DNA of 64,000 nucleotides from Candidatus Latescibacterota bacterium (GCA_965226795.1 CBDDDZ010000004.1:256001-320000), one strand, 5' to 3'. Shown: positions 39,686 through 49,527, counted from the stretch's first letter. Numbers and translations are program-made. The notes: generated from the letters alone by a model not told the origin.

Positions 39686-40031
39686 GTGGGGGCGCGGCCC
39701 AGGAAAAATGCCTTTTCTTCGTTGTGGATCTAAACCACCTGCAACTGTTGACTGCACAGGTGATAGTAAGGACCGCGCCGCCACGTCGGTTCACCGAACG
39801 TGCCGAAACGGGCACAAAAAAATCCCGCTCCATCCCCTCGCCATTCAGTGATGAACTTTCCGGCGGCACCCCGATTAAAGGGTGCCGGGCAGTGTCACCA
39901 CTCACGCAGCTTTGAGGATGCGGGAAGGTCCTACGTATTCACCGGGGACAAGGGAGCTACCCTTGCCACTGAATGTCGGCTATTGTATTCGGTAGGCTAC
40001 CCGACATACGGGTACTGCCTGAGTGGTGACA
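39686..40031. other. Highly structured intergenic segment (candidate ncRNA or leader)
   Basis: Inverted repeats 39686-39700/39770-39784 (13/15) and 39893-39909/40015-40031 (16/17), plus several internal hairpins. Confidence 0.45.
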
Positions 40032-40255
40032 ACCGGAATATAGAATCCGCGATTTGGAAAGACAAGCGTTAATTCAGGATGAGACTGAAGAAGGCGATCG
40101 GTCGGCAGCGAGGTGTTGCGCTTATTCGAAGCGTGCCATTATGATGGCGTCTGTCTGCGATTAAGCCCTTCTGCTGATAAGCGGAAGTTGTACCTCGAGG
40201 GCTGAACTGTGGCCATTGGTGCAGCACTCAGTGACTCGCCTCTGCCTGGTGTGCA

Positions 40256-41071
40256 TCACATTCTCTGCTTCCCGGCCTCCCAGATCGGATAGCGTATGTC
40301 CGCCCGCTGCAATTCCCTTTGAAGCCACTGGCTGAATAATGTGTCGCGAATCTCGCTTCGAACGCGGTCGTCCAGCGTGGCCGGATAGGTTTGCTGCAGC
40401 ATGAATAGCGCGAACCCGCCCGACGCCTTTTCGGGTCCGAATATCTCCCCCGGCGAGGCGGCGAAAACCCGCGCCGCGATTCCCTTCGGCAACAGCTTGC
40501 GCCGCACGCGCCCCATAAACCCGCCTGCCGGGCGCGTCCGCTCATCTTGCGAAAATTCGCGGGCCATCGCGCAAAAATCCGCGCCGTCTTCCCGCGTCTG
40601 AAGCGCAATCTCCTCGATAATGCCTCTGTCCGGGTGGAAGATCCGGCAGACCTCCGCCTCGTCGAAATCCAGCGTGTTTTGCGCGAAATAGCGTTCGATT
40701 TCTCCTTCGGCTATTTTTTCACACAGCAGGCGCTCCAACAGCCTGGCTTCGGCTTCCGCCGCAACGTCTCCGAGAGTAATACCTCGCGATACGAGCCAGG
40801 CTTCCGTGTCTTCCACCCTTTCCAGGCGATGTCGATATCGCCAATCGTCCACGTCACGCTGAATGTCTTCGGACGTCGTGTGAACACCTTCCCGGACGGC
40901 AAGCTGCCGAACCAGTTCTCTGCGTGCGAATTCACCGAAAAAATCGAGTTTGTCGGCAGCGCCCAGCTGACGTACGACCTGTTTGAGTGACACGTCAATG
41001 CCATTCACCCGGACCAGCGTTATTTCAACGGCCGTGGTTTCGGTTTCGCCTTCCTCCGGATGCCGCATCAC
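40256..41071 (-). CDS. PpiC/parvulin-type peptidylprolyl isomerase-like protein, no signal peptide
   Basis: DF..MAREFSQD..TRPAGG.MG, IAARVF...PGEI.GP; start overlaps HlyD stop. Confidence 0.82.
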   Translation of the reverse strand: MMRHPEEGETETTAVEITLVRVNGIDVSLKQVVRQLGAADKLDFFGEFARRELVRQLAVREGVHTTSEDIQRDVDDWRYRHRLERVEDTEAWLVSRGITLGDVAAEAEARLLERLLCEKIAEGEIERYFAQNTLDFDEAEVCRIFHPDRGIIEEIALQTREDGADFCAMAREFSQDERTRPAGGFMGRVRRKLLPKGIAARVFAASPGEIFGPEKASGGFALFMLQQTYPATLDDRVRSEIRDTLFSQWLQRELQRADIRYPIWEAGKQRM

Positions 41072-42468
41072 ATATCCCCCCGCTGTTCAACTGACGTTTC
41101 CACGGCGTCGTACGTTGCGGACTCGTAGAGCTTTCGCAAAGGACTGAGCAGCATCAGCAAGACCGATTGACGGTCGGTCATGATTTCCGCCGTTCCCCTC
41201 ATGCCGAAAAGCAGTGGCTTTTGCTGTCCCTTTACGGCCATGGTGGTTTCTTCCAATTCAACAACAGCCCTGAAGATCGGCCCGACACTCTCGTCGATGA
41301 CGGCATCGGGGGAGAGTTGTCTGAGCCACCCGCGTTTGATGCCAAAGTCCTGAAATGCAAACGCGTCGTATTTCAGTTTGACTATCTGTCCGGGTTTAAG
41401 CAGGCCCACGTCCCTGTTCAATACAGTGAGTTCGGCAACCATAGGAGCGGAGGTCGGCGCCACCGAAACCAACGCCTGACCCTTACTGATCACCTGTCCC
41501 AGGGTGTTCACCATTACCTGCGTTACCATGCCCGGCTCCGGCGCCAGAATCAGGTCCGATTCGGCTTCCAACTGTCGATCGACGCGTTTACGCGCCTGTT
41601 CCAATCTCAATCGCGCGGTTTCATACGCGTGTTTCATCTGCTGCGCCTCACGCCCGTGGGCGATGCGAGCCTCGAGAATCTGCCGCTGGAGATCCTGGAC
41701 AGCCGTTTCGTTCTTGTAGATTTCCGACATGCGTCCCGGAAGCGCCGCCAGGGCGCTGAGGTACCGAACGCGCGCGCGATTAATATCCACGCGGCTGATC
41801 AGCTTGCGCTCAAACAGCATTTTCTGCTGCAGGTAATCCTGTTTCAAGTGGTCGATCTCAGCCTGGCGAAAGCCGATTTGTGCCTGCAACTCAGCGTCCG
41901 AAGCGCTCCTTCCCGCGGCCGCGACGTCACCCACGTCCGCGTGGTAATCCTGCAAGGCGTTCTGATGGGCCACCATGAACCGCTCCAGAACAGACAGTCT
42001 TTTTTCCATTGACGCGATGGTTTTCCGGTTCAATTCCGTCCTCTGGGGCAATACCCGTTGAAGATCGTACTCGGCCTTTTGAAACGCCATTTCCGTCTGT
42101 TCCAGTTCTCGAAGGTCTCCCCAGGTTTCCCATGACTTCAGTTTAAACAGCAATTGGCCTTCTTCGATCCGATCGCCTTCGCTGACGCCGATATGCTCGA
42201 TTTCACCGCCTCGACGGGCCTGAAGTGTCTTCACCTTGCCCAGAGGCACTAATCGGAAGGGCGCCGATGCCACCACGTCCACCTTGCCCCGCCACGCCCA
42301 AGCCACCGCGATTCCTACAAAGAGCAGAACGAGATAAAGCAACGCTCGCCCCCAGAACGGCCTCAGAGACCCCACGAACGCCTGCATCTCTTCCGCACCG
42401 TCGTCCCGTCCCGGGAGAATGACTGGCGTCGCTGCTGCCGACGGCTTTGTTAGTCTGGGTTCCGCCAT
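41068..42468 (-). CDS. HlyD-family membrane fusion protein
   Basis: N-terminal TM, V.EGD....GQ.L, coiled coil, APEPG.V, DVG..KPGQ.V.LK.DAF.F..FG, GM.GTAEI. Confidence 0.92.
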   Translation of the reverse strand: MAEPRLTKPSAAATPVILPGRDDGAEEMQAFVGSLRPFWGRALLYLVLLFVGIAVAWAWRGKVDVVASAPFRLVPLGKVKTLQARRGGEIEHIGVSEGDRIEEGQLLFKLKSWETWGDLRELEQTEMAFQKAEYDLQRVLPQRTELNRKTIASMEKRLSVLERFMVAHQNALQDYHADVGDVAAAGRSASDAELQAQIGFRQAEIDHLKQDYLQQKMLFERKLISRVDINRARVRYLSALAALPGRMSEIYKNETAVQDLQRQILEARIAHGREAQQMKHAYETARLRLEQARKRVDRQLEAESDLILAPEPGMVTQVMVNTLGQVISKGQALVSVAPTSAPMVAELTVLNRDVGLLKPGQIVKLKYDAFAFQDFGIKRGWLRQLSPDAVIDESVGPIFRAVVELEETTMAVKGQQKPLLFGMRGTAEIMTDRQSVLLMLLSPLRKLYESATYDAVETSVEQRGDM

Positions 42469-42495
42469 CAGATCGGCTCCTGGTCTGCCGGAGGT

Positions 42496-45400
42496 TCAGA
42501 CCACCTGCAACTGCTGGCTGCACATGTGATAGTAAAGTCCCTGGCCCACCATCAGCTCTTCGTGCGTGCCCATGTCGACGATATGGCCCTTTTCCAGTAC
42601 AACAATCGTGTCCGCATCCCTCACGGTGCTCAAACGATGGGCGATGACGAGAGCCGTACGATTCTCAAGGAATAGCGCCAGATTGGACTGAATCGCACCT
42701 TCCGAGTCCGTATCCAGCGCATTTGTCGCCTCGTCGAAAATCAGTATCTTCGGATCGCGATACAGCGCCCGAGCGATCGCGATCCGTTGCCGCTGCCCGC
42801 CGGACAATCCAATTCCCTGTTCGCCCACCTTCGTCTCGTATCCCAAAGGCATATCGCTTACGAAATCCTGGACGCAGGCCAGTCTGGCAACTTCCAGGAG
42901 CCTGTCCAAATCCGCGTCAGGTTCGCCGACCGCGATGTTCTCCGCAATGGTGCCGCTGAACAGAAACGAGTCCTGCATAACCATGCCCACCTGGCGGCGC
43001 AGCCAGTGAGGGTCGAAATCGCGCACATCCATCCCGTCCAGGAGCACACGCCCTTCCGAGGGATCGAACAGGCGGGGCACCAGCTTTACGAGCGTGGTCT
43101 TTCCCGCGCCGCTGCGGCCGACAATGGCGACCTTTCGGCCCGGTTCCAGTTCCAGCTCGATGTTGTTCAACACGTAGGGCTCGTCGGAACCGACGCCGTA
43201 CCTGAAAAACACACCGTCAAACACCAGGCGGCCCTCGACCCGCTTCAGTCTCAGGCCGTGTCCGCGTTGGCGCGCATCCTCCATCTTCGATTCGTAGACG
43301 TCATTCAGCCTGTCCAATGCGACCCGGGCTTCCTGGACCTCCGGCCACACGCCGATCAGTCCCATAATGGGTCCCATCACATTGCCGATGAGGGCGTTGA
43401 AAGCCATCAACTGCCCCACCGACAACTCCCCTTTGATAACCAGGGAGGCGCCATACCACAATATCACCGTGGAACTCAAGAGATTGATCATACTTCCGCC
43501 CGCGCCGAACAACATCTCCATTTTCAGCCGCCGAAACCCGATCTGAACTTCCCTCGTAAACTTGCCCTCCCACTGCCATCTCGTAACCCGCTCGACGGCT
43601 TCGGCTTTCACCACGTCAATGCCATGCAGCGAGTCGATCAGAACGGACGACTGTTCCGCGCGGGCAAGAAATGCGCGCTGGCTGAAGGACTTCAGAATCG
43701 GGGTATAGATCAGCGTCAAGCCCACGGACAGCGGCACGAATATCAACATCACGAGCGTCAATTCCCAGTTGTAGTAGAACATCAGCCCTAGATAGACGAA
43801 CAACATGATAAAGTCGAGTATCGCCGAGACGGTCGTGTCCGTAAAGAGACGCTGAATCGTGGCATTTTCCTTGAACCGCGTGGTCAGATCGCCGGTGCGG
43901 CGCAGCGCGAAAAACCGCATGGACAGGCCCAGCAGATGCCGGTAGAAGCGGGACAGCATGGTCAGACTCAACCGGGCGCTCATATACCCTATTAAATACG
44001 CGCGCAACGTCGAGGTACCCATTTGAAACAGTGCCACGACCACCATGCCCGCCAGCATCAGGTTCAGGAGACCCTTATCGTGATGAACCAGAACCTGGTC
44101 GACGATTGTCTGTGTGAAAATAGGCGAGGCAAGGCCGAATAAACTGAGCACGAGGGACGCCAGCAGCACCTCGATCAGAATTGCCGTATAGGGCTTGATC
44201 AATGGGAAGAATCGTTTGAAGGAAGACCTGGAGGGTTCATTCTCGGCCACCTGATCCGTGTACTCCAGCAGCAACGCCATGTTGGTCCAGCTTTTCTCGA
44301 ATTCCGGACGTTTCAACCTGCGAAGGCCCAAACCGGGATCCGCGATTTTCACATCCTTTTTGGTGATCTCATACAACACCACGAAATGGTTGCCCTCCCA
44401 GTGCAGAATCGCCGGCAGTCCGGTCCGGATCAGCGCTTCATAGCCCGTGCGCACGCCCCGCGTGACAAACCCCAGCGTCTCCGCCGCCTCGGCCAATGCC
44501 GCCATCGACGTGCCGTCCTTCGACACGTTGCACATATCGCGCAACCTGTTCAACCCCAACGGCAACTTGTAGTACTTGCAGATCATACCCAGACACGCAG
44601 CGCCGCAATCGGACTGGTCGTGCTGCTTCAGGAATGGAAAACGAAACGACGTGGGCGCGCCTTGTCCACCCCCATCCGTATCGCTATCCCCGGTACTGGA
44701 TGCCGGTCCATTCATCTCCGCGACGTTGTTCCCGTCCGTCCCTCCCGCCGGCACACGAAATCCCCCGGGTTTCGTCTCGGGAGACAGCGACCCGTCCGTT
44801 CCCTGATCCAGGTGTAATCGCCGGGCTATCTCCGGTAAGGACGCTAATTCAGGAATTGCATATATGAAGCTATCGAGTTCGTGTTTATCCAAATAATAGA
44901 TAACGCAATCTTGCTGGCTGCGGATCGTCCGTTGCTCGCCATCTGAGGAATCCGTATCCTCGAAAAAATCGCCCGTGACTAAATTCAGCGCACTGCCGTC
45001 CTCTGAGATCACTTCCAACCCGCCGCTGCCCACAAGGCAGAACCGCCCGCGCGAACGACCGGGTTCGGCTATCGTCGTTCCTTCCGCAACCTCTTCGCGC
45101 TTCAAACGCCCGAAGAGGTTGCGCATTGTCTTCCCGGACACAGACCCCTTCAGATAGCGGGTGAAGTTCCGGTATGCGATATTCTCAACCTGGTCCTGGA
45201 GATTTGCTTCCAGATCCGGTTCTTTCTTCAACACCTCGAAGAATTCATCCCGCGGCACCCGCATCACCCCGGAATCCTCAACCGCCCGCACGGTTGCCCG
45301 GTGACCGCGCCCCGTCAACAGCGCCCCTTCGCCAAAGTGATCTCCGGGATACAGATAGCCCAGCGTCTCCGAACGGCCGTCCGCAGCCTGTTTGATGACC

Positions 45401-45531
45401 CGCAACCGACCGGATTGAACGACGTAAAATGCGTCGCCAGTTCCGCCTTGATTAAAGATGACCGCCCCGAAGGGAAACCGGGCGGATTCTGACTGAATCT
45501 CATGTTGGGAAAACGGGGACGAGACGTCCAT
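42496..45531 (-). CDS. Peptidase-containing ABC transporter (PCAT): cNMP-binding domain(s), C39 peptidase, TMD and NBD
   Basis: GDHFGEGALL...RATVRA (cNMP), QHDQSDCGAACL, HWEGNHFVV, ADP (C39 triad), GRSGAGKT, LSGGQRQR, DEAT. Confidence 0.95.
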   Translation of the reverse strand: MDVSSPFSQHEIQSESARFPFGAVIFNQGGTGDAFYVVQSGRLRVIKQAADGRSETLGYLYPGDHFGEGALLTGRGHRATVRAVEDSGVMRVPRDEFFEVLKKEPDLEANLQDQVENIAYRNFTRYLKGSVSGKTMRNLFGRLKREEVAEGTTIAEPGRSRGRFCLVGSGGLEVISEDGSALNLVTGDFFEDTDSSDGEQRTIRSQQDCVIYYLDKHELDSFIYAIPELASLPEIARRLHLDQGTDGSLSPETKPGGFRVPAGGTDGNNVAEMNGPASSTGDSDTDGGGQGAPTSFRFPFLKQHDQSDCGAACLGMICKYYKLPLGLNRLRDMCNVSKDGTSMAALAEAAETLGFVTRGVRTGYEALIRTGLPAILHWEGNHFVVLYEITKKDVKIADPGLGLRRLKRPEFEKSWTNMALLLEYTDQVAENEPSRSSFKRFFPLIKPYTAILIEVLLASLVLSLFGLASPIFTQTIVDQVLVHHDKGLLNLMLAGMVVVALFQMGTSTLRAYLIGYMSARLSLTMLSRFYRHLLGLSMRFFALRRTGDLTTRFKENATIQRLFTDTTVSAILDFIMLFVYLGLMFYYNWELTLVMLIFVPLSVGLTLIYTPILKSFSQRAFLARAEQSSVLIDSLHGIDVVKAEAVERVTRWQWEGKFTREVQIGFRRLKMEMLFGAGGSMINLLSSTVILWYGASLVIKGELSVGQLMAFNALIGNVMGPIMGLIGVWPEVQEARVALDRLNDVYESKMEDARQRGHGLRLKRVEGRLVFDGVFFRYGVGSDEPYVLNNIELELEPGRKVAIVGRSGAGKTTLVKLVPRLFDPSEGRVLLDGMDVRDFDPHWLRRQVGMVMQDSFLFSGTIAENIAVGEPDADLDRLLEVARLACVQDFVSDMPLGYETKVGEQGIGLSGGQRQRIAIARALYRDPKILIFDEATNALDTDSEGAIQSNLALFLENRTALVIAHRLSTVRDADTIVVLEKGHIVDMGTHEELMVGQGLYYHMCSQQLQVV

Positions 45532-45617
45532 TATTTGTAACCCTGCCAGAAAATCGCACAGGTGGGAACTGTGCGTCCGGAATTCCGGATACTGAAATTA
45601 ACGGATAAGAAGCCATA

Positions 45618-45637
45618 ACATACTAAATATAGTATGT
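45618..45637. promoter_or_regulatory. Palindromic operator upstream of the PCAT gene
   Basis: ACATACTA-AATA-TAGTATGT perfect 8-bp inverted repeat ~90 nt before the ATG. Confidence 0.5.
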
Positions 45638-45832
45638 AAACAGGCATTGACCACAAAAAGCATTGATCCATCCAGAAGATCAGTTACGTGGTTGGCGCTG
45701 TAGCGATCTATGGCAAGAGAATCCCGATTCGGTAAATGCTCAATTGACGTCGTCTGTCACGTCGATTACAGCGAGCCATCTCTACACTACTTTAAAGGCG
45801 CCATCTGCCGGATCCTTCGGTTCCGGATGGGT

Positions 45833-46645
45833 TTAGCCAGTGTCCGCGCATTTGTCCGCCGGCAATATGCGGAAGCCGAGTTCCGACGGGTGATCGTGAA
45901 CGTATCTGTCATTCTCAAATCGGCGGACCTTGAAAAACAGCAGCACATCTCCGGCACAACCGCAGAACGTGAGACTGAAGAGCAATAGCGACCAGATCGC
46001 CGGGTCCCACCACAGTATCAAACCGGCGGCCGGTGTGGTCACAATCAGGGGCAAGAGCGCGAATACCCGGTAAACACCCACCGTCATGGGTCTGTCGACG
46101 TGACAATACAAGGCCACCCATCGCCTGAAGATTCCGAAGTGCAGCGATTGAATCGGAATCTTACCCCAGCACAGGGCGGCGAGACCGTGGAGTGCTTCGT
46201 GGAAGACATAGAAGGCGATCAGGTATCCTGGAAACTTCAGTAAATCGTTGAACGTCAGACGTATATCGATTTCCCGTGACAAGGCATCTCCTGCCAGGAT
46301 ACCACTTGCAAACGCAGTCCAGAACATGAGCATGAAAATTATGCCCACATCTTCTATATTGAGACCCACATCTATAGGTTTCTGCGCGTTGTTGCGATCC
46401 TCTTCCCCTGTTCCTGACGTGAAGATATCGCGTATGATCGACAGGAATCTGTCGCCATACGCACAGAGCGTCTTTCGTGACATCAAAAAGTACATCGACA
46501 TGCCGGTCAGGACGCCAATTGCTATCGCGTAGTCGAGATCAAGCACGTACCTGAGGATGAGCATGGCCGGCGCCACGGATAGCATCCCAAACAATGCGGC
46601 AGCGACAATAAGCCGTTTCCACGTTCCACCGAGACAGGCGTACAT
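45833..46645 (-). CDS. DUF3267-family membrane zincin metalloprotease
   Basis: FHEALHG (HExxH), ALYCH, CAGD, VHDHPSELGF; several TM helices. Confidence 0.82.
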   Translation of the reverse strand: MYACLGGTWKRLIVAAALFGMLSVAPAMLILRYVLDLDYAIAIGVLTGMSMYFLMSRKTLCAYGDRFLSIIRDIFTSGTGEEDRNNAQKPIDVGLNIEDVGIIFMLMFWTAFASGILAGDALSREIDIRLTFNDLLKFPGYLIAFYVFHEALHGLAALCWGKIPIQSLHFGIFRRWVALYCHVDRPMTVGVYRVFALLPLIVTTPAAGLILWWDPAIWSLLLFSLTFCGCAGDVLLFFKVRRFENDRYVHDHPSELGFRILPADKCADTG

Positions 46646-46747
46646 CAACCAGAACCTCCGTTCATGGATACCTTGCCCCTTTTGGAGGGACAGTAGCGCG
46701 TACCGTAAGTTGCTCGTGCCGCGAGGCCAGATACAGTCGCCCAGCGT

Positions 46748-47602
46748 CTACCGGTCATCTTTATCAGCATCCGTAGTCACAGTTCCGTCCATGGTGTTGG
46801 CGTGTCCGCTCCTGGAAACGAGGTAGAACCACCACAATCCAAAGGCAGACACCAATGCCCCGGATACAATCCACCACCAGGGATTGAAAACCACAACATT
46901 CATGTCTTCTGAAACTGGGAAAAAAGGAACGTCAAAGTGTTGGATCGTCACTGCGATAAGGTTATGCAACGCATGTGCAAGAAGCGCGGGACAGAGAGAT
47001 CCCGTACGAATAACCCACCAGGCTAAGATGAAACCCCATATAACGGCGGGCGGAAGTTGCCAGGGATTAAGATGCCCCACACCAAACAATATCGCTGAGA
47101 ATACAACCGCGCGGGTCGGGGTGTAGTTATCCAGCAGACCACGTAAAATGACACTTCTATAAAGTAGCTCCTCGATCAACGGTGCTACGAAAACAACCAC
47201 GAACAGGGCGGATGAATAGGTTGTCTTTTGGCCGGCCGTCGATTGAAAGACATTTTGAAAAAAATCAGACATGGGAATTATGGATATGACGGCCTTGTCC
47301 AATTCATCAAGAACCACTCCCATGCCTGCCACCGATATTGCTACGCAGGGCCAAACGCGCCAATCAAAGTGTATGTTCATGAGTTGCGATATATCGTCCC
47401 ACGATCGATCAGTACGTCGAAAAATCCACATTAATAGAAGAAGGAATCCTACCAGTTGTAGCATACCAACCAGGAGGTTTTCCTCGTGCAAACGCTCGCC
47501 ATAGTTGAGCCGCACGATTGCGATGAGCACTCCCGCTCCAACTTGAATCAGAAGGAAGAAGATCAGCAAATAAACCGACTGTTTCAGATTGGGGAATATC
47601 AT
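46748..47602 (-). CDS. CPBP intramembrane metalloprotease, paralogue 2
   Basis: EELLYR, FGVGH, HALHN. Confidence 0.92.
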   Translation of the reverse strand: MIFPNLKQSVYLLIFFLLIQVGAGVLIAIVRLNYGERLHEENLLVGMLQLVGFLLLLMWIFRRTDRSWDDISQLMNIHFDWRVWPCVAISVAGMGVVLDELDKAVISIIPMSDFFQNVFQSTAGQKTTYSSALFVVVFVAPLIEELLYRSVILRGLLDNYTPTRAVVFSAILFGVGHLNPWQLPPAVIWGFILAWWVIRTGSLCPALLAHALHNLIAVTIQHFDVPFFPVSEDMNVVVFNPWWWIVSGALVSAFGLWWFYLVSRSGHANTMDGTVTTDADKDDR

Positions 47603-47847
47603 TCAACCATCCTCTCTTGAAGCTCTCTTGATCCGAATCTCCCCCATATGTCACATTGCATTACATTACGATCGACCAACCATGAATTGCAGAATGGCCA
47701 CTTCAGACTAAAGGAAAACAATGCGGTGAGTACGAAATCCAAAGCGTCCGGATTCTCTGCGATCGAATTTAGGCTAGACGGGGGCCGGTGCTATGCATTG
47801 CACCTGCTGCAAGCGCACACGCAACATATCAGTATTTACGAGTCTTT

Positions 47848-48690
47848 TCATTCAGCTTCTGGCGGCACGGATCCGGCCGCGGTATCGGGCTGGGTACTGT
47901 TCGTAACCTGATAAAACCACCATGATCCAAGAACAGCCGCTACAGCCCCGGTAAGTACCCACCACCACGGATTGAACGCTACAACATTCAAGTCTTCGGG
48001 AACCGCGAAGAATGGAATTTCAAAGTGGAAAAACGTTGTAAACAAAAGGTTGTTCAATGCATGTCCGACAACCGCCGGCAATAGTGATCCCGTCCGGATT
48101 ACCCACCAGGCCAATACGCCTCCGGCTATCAAGGCCGCGGGAAACTGCCATGGATTCAGATGACTCGCGCTAAACAAAATCGATGAACAGATAATCGCGT
48201 ACGTCCTGCTAGAATTCGCCAGCAGGCCACTCAAGACAATACCCCTGTAGAACAACTCTTCGACATACGGTGCGACGAAGGTTCCCCGAAACAGGGCAGA
48301 TGGAAAGGACGTTTCGCGCCCAACCGTCGATTGGAAGAAATCCTGGATAGTCTCCGGCATAGGAAATACCAATACTACGGCTTTGTTGAGTTCGTGAATG
48401 ACCACCACAATTCCGGCTATCGATATTGCAACGCAAGGCCATACGCGCCAGTCGAAGTGCGATTTCGCAGGTCGAAAAAAACTCACCCACCGTCGATCGG
48501 TCCGACGTGAAACGTAAGCGACAATAACAAGAAAAGCCGCGAATGCCGCCAGACCCGTTACATAGCTGTTATCTCCAAGGGATTCCCCGCTGATCGACTC
48601 TACAACGGAGATGAACAATCCAATGCCGACCTCCAGCAGCAAGAGCAGGGCCGTCAGCCAGATGGCCTGCCTCAAGTTCGGATACGCCAT
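47848..48690 (-). CDS. CPBP intramembrane metalloprotease, paralogue 1
   Basis: EELFYR, FSASH, HALNN. Confidence 0.92.
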   Translation of the reverse strand: MAYPNLRQAIWLTALLLLLEVGIGLFISVVESISGESLGDNSYVTGLAAFAAFLVIVAYVSRRTDRRWVSFFRPAKSHFDWRVWPCVAISIAGIVVVIHELNKAVVLVFPMPETIQDFFQSTVGRETSFPSALFRGTFVAPYVEELFYRGIVLSGLLANSSRTYAIICSSILFSASHLNPWQFPAALIAGGVLAWWVIRTGSLLPAVVGHALNNLLFTTFFHFEIPFFAVPEDLNVVAFNPWWWVLTGAVAAVLGSWWFYQVTNSTQPDTAAGSVPPEAE

Positions 48691-48774
48691 TTCAATTCCC
48701 TTTCCCTTTCTTACTTACGAACCGACGTAGTGCCTTGACTACAGAATATGGCGACGCGTAAATCCACGTTTACC

Positions 48775-48810
48775 GGGATAGAAGCACCTATTGCCGAGTG
48801 CTTCTATCCC
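48775..48810 (-). terminator. 13-bp perfect stem-loop just downstream of the last precursor gene (terminator or mRNA stabiliser)
   Basis: GGGATAGAAGCAC-N10-GTGCTTCTATCCC; no clear U-tract. Confidence 0.55.
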
Positions 48811-48842
48811 CCTAAATTACCGCGTGGACCGCCCGCTTCGTG

Positions 48843-49118
48843 CTACCTCTTGCAACTGCAGCGGCAACAACTTGATGGCTTCTCCTTATCGTCGTTAGTA
48901 GCCTCAGCTGTCAAGTAACCGGCAACGAAACCTTGAACGACAGGGACGACATACTTGGCCACTAACTTCACACCTTCGCGGATGAGTATCCCCCAACCTC
49001 CCTGTGTTTCTACCATCTGACGGCTTCCCAACAGTTCTTCGCGCGGTTGCAAGGGGTCGCAAGTTACAAACATGCGACCGGTTTCTGTAGTCATTGGATC
49101 TGTCAACGCATGTATCAT
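48843..49118 (-). CDS. Double-glycine precursor peptide D (41-aa leader, 50-aa core with Cys-rich tail)
   Basis: AGGAGG RBS; ...LLGSRQMVETQGG|WGILIREGVKLVAKYVVPVVQGFVAGYLTAEATNDDKEKPSSCCRCSCKR. Confidence 0.82.
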   Translation of the reverse strand: MIHALTDPMTTETGRMFVTCDPLQPREELLGSRQMVETQGGWGILIREGVKLVAKYVVPVVQGFVAGYLTAEATNDDKEKPSSCCRCSCKR

Positions 49119-49320
49119 GATGTCCTCCTGACGGATTAATTGAATTCCTTGCAATTCAAGAAATGATGTGCATCTCCCTTCACTGTTACGGTGTTTGTCC
49201 TCCGCTGTCAAGGGTTTTGAGGATTGTCGTGATTTCGTAAAGCGTCTATGTGTCGAGAACTCGTTCTGCACCTGGAAGCATAGCCGTACAACAGTCTTCT
49301 TCCGTTCCGAACACCAACCA

Positions 49321-49527
49321 TCAACGTGGTCTGGCCATGCGTTCGATAACTTCAGCGACAAGCCGCAGGGCGAAATTCACGTAACGCCCGAGTCGGTCAT
49401 CACCTGGAGGAACGAACCCACCTGAAGCATGCGCCATTTCACACCGCGCCAAGTTGGTTTCACGGCCGGGGAGTCGAGTGCACGTCACGGAGACCTCGGT
49501 TGGCGTGGTCAGAAATCGATCCGTCAT
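49321..49527 (-). CDS. Double-glycine precursor peptide C (37-aa leader, 31-aa core)
   Basis: AAGGAGGTGA RBS; ...NLARCEMAHASGG|FVPPGDDRLGRYVNFALRLVAEVIERMARPR. Confidence 0.85.
   Translation of the reverse strand: MTDRFLTTPTEVSVTCTRLPGRETNLARCEMAHASGGFVPPGDDRLGRYVNFALRLVAEVIERMARPR

Noticed and set aside
39735..39975. Cobalamin riboswitch suggested by GCAACTGT, GGGAAGG and GCCACTG near a B12 enzyme operon
   Set aside because: Motifs are in the wrong order, on the strand opposite the genes, and the B12-box ending is missing.
48843..48875. C-terminal CAAX prenylation motif on peptide D as the CPBP substrate
   Set aside because: The end is SCKR, which is not CAAX, and no prenyltransferase is present.
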